A program made the translations under genes and the position numbers. Under the pieces are notes generated by a model, which saw nothing but the letters and a program-made list of their open reading frames with translations, was not told where the DNA came from and ran no database searches. Shown in pieces: positions 58,230 to 64,000 of a stretch of DNA of 64,000 nt. The DNA is taken from positions 1,120,001 through 1,184,000 of the forward strand of contig CBDBCF010000001.1 in NCBI GenBank assembly GCA_965202985.1, read 5' to 3'. Position 1 is the first letter of the stretch. Each line of letters opens with the position of its first letter. This stretch comes from Longimicrobiales bacterium. Its GTDB lineage: Bacteria > Gemmatimonadota > Gemmatimonadetes > Longimicrobiales > Gaopeijiaceae.

Positions 58230-60755
58230 TTAGGCCGCCACGAAGTTGAGCAGCCGGTCCTGCACGTGGACGATCCGCCGCACCGTCAGCCCCTCCAAGT
58301 GGCGGGCCACGTTGCCTTCGGCCCGAGCCAGCGCCACCACCTGTTCCTGCCCCGAGCCCGCGGGCGACGACACCGTGGCGCGTACCCTGCCGTTCACCTG
58401 CACCGCGACGCGCACTTGGTCCTCCGCCGCCTTGGCCGGGTCGAACGCCGGCCAGTTGGCGCCGTCGAAGATGCTGCCCCGGTTGCCCAGGCGCCGCCAG
58501 AGCTCCTCCGCGACGTGGGGAACGAACGGCGCCGCCATGCGCACCAGGGGCTCGACCTCGCCTCGCTTGGGTCGGCGCCCCCCTGCGCGCACCGCGTTCA
58601 AGTACTCCATCATGGCGGCCACGGCGGTGTTGTAGCGCAGTCCGGCCACCTGCTCGGTCACGCGGCGGATCGTCTGGTGCAACTTCCGTTCCAGCGCCGG
58701 CTCGGGATCGCCCAAGGCCAGCTCGCCTTCGCGGGGCACCACCGTCTCCCAAAGCCGGTGCAGGAAGCCGTGCGGGCCCGAAATCCCCTTGTCCTGGTAG
58801 TCTCCGCCCTCCATGAACGGCCCCAGGAACATGAGGTACAGCCGAAAGGTGTCGGCCCCGTACTCCTCGATGATCGAATCGGGGATGATCACGTTCCCCC
58901 GGCTCTTGGACATCTTGGCGCCCTCGCGAATGATCAGCCCGTGGGCCCGGAACTGCTTGTACGGCTCTTCGAACTCCAGCAGGCCCATGTCGTGCAGGGC
59001 CATGATCACGAAGCGCGAGTACAGCAGGTGGAGCACGGCGTGCTCGTTGCCGCCGATGTACGTGTCCACGGGAAGCCAGCGTCGCGTGACTTCTTCGTCG
59101 AAGGGACGGTCGTCGAAGTCCGTGGACGGGTAGCGGAGGAAGTACCACGCGCTGTCCAGGAAGGTGTCGGACACGTCGGTCTCGCGGACGCCGTCGGCGT
59201 CGCAGGAAGGACAAGGCGTCTCGTACCAGTCGCGAACCCGAGCCAAGGGGCTGACGCCGGACTCGTCGGGGCGGAAGTCGTCCACGTGCGGCAGCGCCAC
59301 GGGCAGGTCCTCGTCGGGCACTGGCACGGGGCCGCACTCTTTGCAGTGGATCACCGGAATCGGCGGCCCCCAGTAGCGCTGACGCGAAATGCACCAGTCG
59401 TGAAGCCGGTAGTTCACCTGGCGCTCGGCCAGTCCCTCGGCGGCCAAGTCGTCCACGACCGCCCGCTTGGCTTCGTTCGCCGGCAAGCCGTCGTAGGCGC
59501 CGGAGTTGACCAGTGCGCCCTCGTCGCCGTCGTAGGCCTGGTCCACCGGGGCGGAGGCGTCTTCGCCGGGACGCGCCACCACGCGCACCACGGGCAAGTC
59601 GAACGTCGTGGCGAAGTCGAAGTCGCGCGCGTCGTGCCCCGGAACCGACATGATCGCGCCGGTGCCGTAGCCCATGAGCACGTAGTCGGCCACCCACACG
59701 GGCACTCGCCGCCCCGTGGCCGGGTTCATGCAGTAGCCGCCCGTGAAGACGCCCGTCTTCTCTTGGCCGGCCTTCTGCCGCGCCACCAAGTCCATGCGTC
59801 GCGCCCGCGCCCGGTACTCCTCCACGGCCTGCCGGCGCTCCGGCGAGGCGATCTCGTCCACCATGGGATGCTCCGGGGCCAGCACCACGTAGGTGGCGCC
59901 GAACACCGTGTCCGGTCGCGTGGTGAAGACCGCCACGGCCTTGCCCGCCGTTTCGCCCGCGTGCGGGGTCTCGTCGCCCGCGCCCTCGGCCCCCACGCCC
60001 GACGCCCCGTCGGAACGCCCTTCCGCCACGGGAAACCGCAGTTCAGCCCCCTCGGAGCGTCCGATCCAGTTGCCTTGGGCCTTCAACGTGGACTCGGACC
60101 AGTCGATGTGCTCCAAGTTGGCCAGCAGGCGCTGGGCGTATTCGGTGATCTTGAAGAACCACTGGCGGATGCGGCGCTGTTCGACCGGCGTCGCGCACCG
60201 TTCGCACTGGCCGGCGATCACCTGCTCGTTGGCCAGGACGGTCATGCACGACGGACACCAGTTGACCGGCGCCTCCTTCTGCACCGCCAGCCCGCGCTCC
60301 ATCAGCCGCAGGAAGATCCACTGGGTCCACTTGTAGTAGTCGGGATCGGTCGTGTCGACGGTGTGCCGCCAGTCGAACATGCCCCCCATGCGCCGCAGCT
60401 GTCGCCGGAAGTTGGCCACGTTCCGGGGGATCAGCTCCATGGGGTGGACGCCGGTCTTGAGCGCGAAGTTCTCCGAGTGGATGCCGAAGGCGTCGAAGCC
60501 GATCGGCTCGAAGACGTCGAACCCCTGCATCCGCTTGAAGCGCCCGTGCACGTCGGCGCCCGTGAAGGCGTAGATGTTGCCCACGTGCAGCCCCTCCGCC
60601 GAGGGGTAGGGGAACATCATCAGGTTGAAGAACGGCCGGGGCGCGCTGCGCAGATCTTCCAGCGCGAAGGTGTTTGTGCCGTCGCGCTCCCAGCGCTCCT
60701 GCCACTTGGCTTCTACGGCGGCGGGGTTGTACGCCCGGTCGGCGTTGGCGGACAT
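58230..60755 (-). CDS. leuS: leucine--tRNA ligase
   Basis: MFPYPS..LHVGN, TTRPDT, SRQRYWG, KMSKS. Confidence 0.97.
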   Translation of the reverse strand: MSANADRAYNPAAVEAKWQERWERDGTNTFALEDLRSAPRPFFNLMMFPYPSAEGLHVGNIYAFTGADVHGRFKRMQGFDVFEPIGFDAFGIHSENFALKTGVHPMELIPRNVANFRRQLRRMGGMFDWRHTVDTTDPDYYKWTQWIFLRLMERGLAVQKEAPVNWCPSCMTVLANEQVIAGQCERCATPVEQRRIRQWFFKITEYAQRLLANLEHIDWSESTLKAQGNWIGRSEGAELRFPVAEGRSDGASGVGAEGAGDETPHAGETAGKAVAVFTTRPDTVFGATYVVLAPEHPMVDEIASPERRQAVEEYRARARRMDLVARQKAGQEKTGVFTGGYCMNPATGRRVPVWVADYVLMGYGTGAIMSVPGHDARDFDFATTFDLPVVRVVARPGEDASAPVDQAYDGDEGALVNSGAYDGLPANEAKRAVVDDLAAEGLAERQVNYRLHDWCISRQRYWGPPIPVIHCKECGPVPVPDEDLPVALPHVDDFRPDESGVSPLARVRDWYETPCPSCDADGVRETDVSDTFLDSAWYFLRYPSTDFDDRPFDEEVTRRWLPVDTYIGGNEHAVLHLLYSRFVIMALHDMGLLEFEEPYKQFRAHGLIIREGAKMSKSRGNVIIPDSIIEEYGADTFRLYLMFLGPFMEGGDYQDKGISGPHGFLHRLWETVVPREGELALGDPEPALERKLHQTIRRVTEQVAGLRYNTAVAAMMEYLNAVRAGGRRPKRGEVEPLVRMAAPFVPHVAEELWRRLGNRGSIFDGANWPAFDPAKAAEDQVRVAVQVNGRVRATVSSPAGSGQEQVVALARAEGNVARHLEGLTVRRIVHVQDRLLNFVAA

Positions 60756-60796
60756 GGCCGGTGGGTCTCTGGGTGGGCGGCAAGCGAACGAAGAAG

Positions 60797-61987
60797 CTAA
60801 CGAAAGGGCCGCGCTACGGTTCGCACGGGGGGGCCGGGCTTCTGGCCGGAGCGCCACGTCGCGCCGCCCAAGTCGAAAGGTCGGCCGTGTCCTTCAAGCC
60901 GGTCTCCCGCGTCAAAGGCATCGGCCGCGTCCCTCCCGCCGGTCTCCGGTACGTCAAGGGGATCGTCCGTATCCGCCGGACCGGTCTCCAGCACGTCGAA
61001 GGGATCGTCCGCGTCCTTCAAGCCGGCTTCCAGCGCCGCCACCGCGCGCCGCAGCGAGCCGTCGTGCCGGTCCAGGAAGCGCGCGAAGTCGGGCAGCCGA
61101 TGGTAGTAGCGCATCCGGGCCAGCAGCGTCGCGTTGTTCAGGGGCTGGGACTCGAAGCCGCCGAACGACAGCGACCGCAGACGTGGCTTGACCCGCTCGC
61201 GGAAGCGGACCCTGTGGCGCTCGAAGACGGGGCCGCGTCCGGCGATCTTCTGCGCCTCGGTGGCGGTCGAGTCGCCGTAAACGGCTTCCAGGTCGGAGAC
61301 CAGTCCGTCGATGAACGACGAGAAGAGCTGCACGTCCAGCCATCGATCGCGGGCCCTGCGGCACCACACCGTGTCGTCCCCTCCGCCTTCCCGGCCGCAG
61401 AAGAACTCGGCGGCGCCTGCGCGCCCCACCCAGTTGGCGAAGCTCTCGTTGAAGCGGACCTGGCCGGACACGAAGAGGTGGTTGTGCGACAGCTCGTGGA
61501 TCACGGTCGCCACCAGCTCGACCTCGTCGTAGCGCACCACAGTGGACAGCAGGGGGTCCGAGAACCACCCCAGCGTGCTGAACGCCGCCGTGGGCCGCAA
61601 GTGAGTGTCGAAGCCGTCCGACTCCAGCTTCCGCCGCTCGTTCCGGGCGTCTTCCAGGTCGAAGAAGCCCCTGTACGGGACCCGGCCCACGATGGGGAAC
61701 CACCACGTGCGCGAGACCAGGCGGTCCCGGTGCGCCGCCGACAAGATCATCGCCAACGTGTCGCGCTCCAGCTCGACGTAGGTGGTGTAGCTGTCGCCTA
61801 CATCCAAGCCCAGGCGGTCCCGCGCGAACAGCCGGGCCTCGCGGGCCAAGGTGAGCTTGCGGCGAACGCGCTCGTCCGTTTCCGGCGCCAAGACGACCTC
61901 GGGGATCGGCTGGCGCGCGCGGAGGATCTTCGCCTCCTCCCAACCGGCCCGCACCACGTACGCCGGCGAGCACGCCCCTGGCCACAA
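60797..61987 (-). CDS. putative Zn-dependent aminopeptidase
   Basis: WWFPIVG.VPYRGFF, STLGWF.DP, HELSH..FNESFA; start uncertain. Confidence 0.8.
   Translation of the reverse strand: MWPGACSPAYVVRAGWEEAKILRARQPIPEVVLAPETDERVRRKLTLAREARLFARDRLGLDVGDSYTTYVELERDTLAMILSAAHRDRLVSRTWWFPIVGRVPYRGFFDLEDARNERRKLESDGFDTHLRPTAAFSTLGWFSDPLLSTVVRYDEVELVATVIHELSHNHLFVSGQVRFNESFANWVGRAGAAEFFCGREGGGDDTVWCRRARDRWLDVQLFSSFIDGLVSDLEAVYGDSTATEAQKIAGRGPVFERHRVRFRERVKPRLRSLSFGGFESQPLNNATLLARMRYYHRLPDFARFLDRHDGSLRRAVAALEAGLKDADDPFDVLETGPADTDDPLDVPETGGRDAADAFDAGDRLEGHGRPFDLGGATWRSGQKPGPPVRTVARPFR
60872..61035. repeat. imperfect about 42-bp tandem repeat, about 4 units
   Basis: GTC(G/A)A(A/G)G..TCG.CCG..TCC..CCGG units starting at 60872, 60911, 60953, 60995. 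Confidence 0.7.
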
Positions 61988-62156
61988 CGCCGCAACCAGA
62001 GCCGCCGCGCCGGTGCCCCCTAGCAGGAACCTGCGTCCGGTGCGGTATCCGGAGCTCGGGGTCGGTCGACGCCCCCCGGCGATTCGGCGGCGACGCCCCG
62101 GCGGACCCGAATTCGTATTCGCTCTCGAACCGGCCGCGCCCGCTTGCGTCGCCGTC

Positions 62157-63044
62157 CTACCGCCCCCCCCCGCCCAGGCTGCGGATCAAGGGAATCCCGC
62201 CCTCCGTGGGCACGTACACCACCGATCCCTCGGGCATCTCCGACAGCTGCTGGATGTAGAAGTACGTGAGGTACTCGGGCGACAGCCCCTCCGTGATGAT
62301 CCGCTGGGCTTCCGCAACGCCCTTGGCCTCTTCGGCCTGCTGGCGCGCGCGCTCCTGGATGATCTGGGTCTGGAAGGCCTCCGCCGCGACTTGCTGCTCG
62401 CGCTCCTGCTTCTGCTCGATCGCCTCCCGAACCCGCGGCGGCGCCTGGATGTCGCGCACGAAGACGGTGTTGATCGTGATCCGCCCTTCGGCCTTGGCCT
62501 GAATCTCCTCCTTCACGCTCTCCGCAAGCTCTCTCCGGTTGGGCGAGAAGATGTCGTTGATCGACTTGGTGGCCACGGCGTCGCGGACCCCGTTCCGCAC
62601 GGCGTTCAGGATGATGTTGCGCTTGATGCGCTCCTCGGAGCCGATGTTCTGGTAGAGCGACGGGGCGTTGTCGCCGTCGATCTCGAAGAGGATGGCGACG
62701 TCCATGGTGACGTTGAGCTGCTCGGAGGTCTGCGCCTCGATCTGCTCGTTGCCTTCGCCCGGAAACGTTTGTTCCCGCACCGACATCCGTTCCACGTTGG
62801 CGAGCGGATTGATGATGTTGACGCCCTCGCGGAGCGGCGTCGCGTCCACCTTGCCCAAGAAGTGCTTGACGCCGACTTCGCCGACCGGGATCACCACCAC
62901 CGTGTTCAGCGAGAAGAGCGCGACTCCCAGGAACATGATGACGTAGCCCGCCAGCTTGTTGGGGAGGCCGGTCTTGTTGGCGGGAAGGGAACGTACGACC
63001 GCCCCGATGGCGATCATTGCGACGGCTACGGCTGCGAATCCCAT
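62157..63044 (-). CDS. SPFH/prohibitin-family membrane protein
   Basis: Two N-terminal TMs, GEVGV, AIEQKQ coiled coil. Confidence 0.88.
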   Translation of the reverse strand: MGFAAVAVAMIAIGAVVRSLPANKTGLPNKLAGYVIMFLGVALFSLNTVVVIPVGEVGVKHFLGKVDATPLREGVNIINPLANVERMSVREQTFPGEGNEQIEAQTSEQLNVTMDVAILFEIDGDNAPSLYQNIGSEERIKRNIILNAVRNGVRDAVATKSINDIFSPNRRELAESVKEEIQAKAEGRITINTVFVRDIQAPPRVREAIEQKQEREQQVAAEAFQTQIIQERARQQAEEAKGVAEAQRIITEGLSPEYLTYFYIQQLSEMPEGSVVYVPTEGGIPLIRSLGGGGR

Positions 63045-63106
63045 GTTGCTGCTCCTTGCGGTTGGTTGGCTTTGTGCTTGCGTTCGGGTTGTTCTGCGCG
63101 GGCGGC

Positions 63107-64000
63107 TCAGCGCCGCCTTGGAATCTGCCCGCCGGGATAGGCGACCGGGCTCTCGTTGCCGTCGGCGCCCACCGCCGCCACGCCGAAGAGGTAGTTGTCG
63201 ATCACCAGCCCCTCCAACGTGAACGAGCTTTGGTCGCCCACCCAGCGGGAGCGCTGCCACCGGGGCGCGGTGGTGTCCCGCCAGTAGACTTTGTAGCCGG
63301 CCAGCCGGGGGTCGTCCACGGCTTCCCACTCCAGCGTGGTGGACGGCCGGACCGCGCCGCCGATCCGCACGTTGGACGGCGCGGGAGGCGCCCAGGCGAG
63401 CTGCGCCAGCACGGCCGCGTTGAGGGCGGTCATCTTGGCGGCGTACTCGAAGTCCACGCCTTCCACTACGTCGCCGTACGCGATTCCGTTCTCCGTGCGG
63501 ATGTTCTGGTGCTGCCGCTCGTAGTGCTCGTGGGTCTCCATGATGCGGACCGCAGGGAAGCCGGCGTCGTTGAAGGGCTGGTGGTGGCCTCCGCGTCCGA
63601 AGCGGTCCAAGCGGTAGATCATGATCGGGTCCAGGTTGGCCACGTACTCGTCGGCGGTGCGGGCCACGTAGCGCGCCAGCTGTCTGGACGGGCCGTCCAC
63701 CTCGCCGCCGAAGACGCGGCGCCGGGCGTGGTCCCGCTCCGCGTCGGTGGCTGGGACGGGCTCCGAGAACACGCGGAAGGTGTTGTTCTCGATCACGCCG
63801 TCCACCCCCTCGATGTTGCCGATCATGTCGTTGTTGAGCACGCCGACGATATCCCACTCCTCCTCTCGGGCGACCTGCGCCATGTGGCGTCCGCCCCACA
63901 GCCCCTGCTCCTCGCCCGACAGCCCGGCCAGCACCAGCGTGCTGCCGAACTCGTACTCGGCCAGGAGCCGCGCAGCTTCGATCGCCCCGGCCATGCCGGA
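63107..64000 (-). CDS. M28-family peptidase with C-terminal FN3-like domain (5' end outside window)
   Basis: GEEQGLWG, NNDMIG, DRFGRGGHHQPF, YKVYW, Y.FGVAAV..GNES. Confidence 0.85.
   Translation of the reverse strand, partial: SGMAGAIEAARLLAEYEFGSTLVLAGLSGEEQGLWGGRHMAQVAREEEWDIVGVLNNDMIGNIEGVDGVIENNTFRVFSEPVPATDAERDHARRRVFGGEVDGPSRQLARYVARTADEYVANLDPIMIYRLDRFGRGGHHQPFNDAGFPAVRIMETHEHYERQHQNIRTENGIAYGDVVEGVDFEYAAKMTALNAAVLAQLAWAPPAPSNVRIGGAVRPSTTLEWEAVDDPRLAGYKVYWRDTTAPRWQRSRWVGDQSSFTLEGLVIDNYLFGVAAVGADGNESPVAYPGGQIPRRR

Noticed and set aside
60872..61035. CRISPR array
   Set aside because: Degenerate contiguous coding repeats, no unique spacers, no cas genes
62163..62171. C9 run as a phase-variation tract
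   Set aside because: Short, in frame, and encodes terminal Gly codons of the SPFH gene in a GC-rich genome

Overview
High-GC bacterial chromosomal segment; the gene content suggests Gemmatimonadota, possibly host- or sponge-associated (inference only). The housekeeping backbone includes mlaD/F/E-like genes, rho, ilvE, an ECF sigma/anti-sigma/DUF4097 trio, two TonB-dependent receptors, tRNA-Arg(CCG), RNase P RNA, tRNA-Lys(CTT), tkt and leuS. It is interleaved with an expanded family of about nine exported, mostly lipoprotein, 6-bladed beta-propeller-like genes. The most notable observations are: (1) small secreted Cys-rich peptide genes lying directly upstream of propeller genes at two independent loci, a candidate undescribed peptide/propeller module; (2) a SAM methyltransferase frameshifted inside a G16 tract, with a second G18 tract at its stop, suggesting phase variation; (3) an in-frame aquaporin-propeller fusion; (4) an AT-richer island carrying an AAA ATPase + DUF3226/TOPRIM-like pair, a putative defence system; (5) a Rho with a substituted primary RNA-binding site. 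All calls come from reading motifs by eye; no database searches were run.
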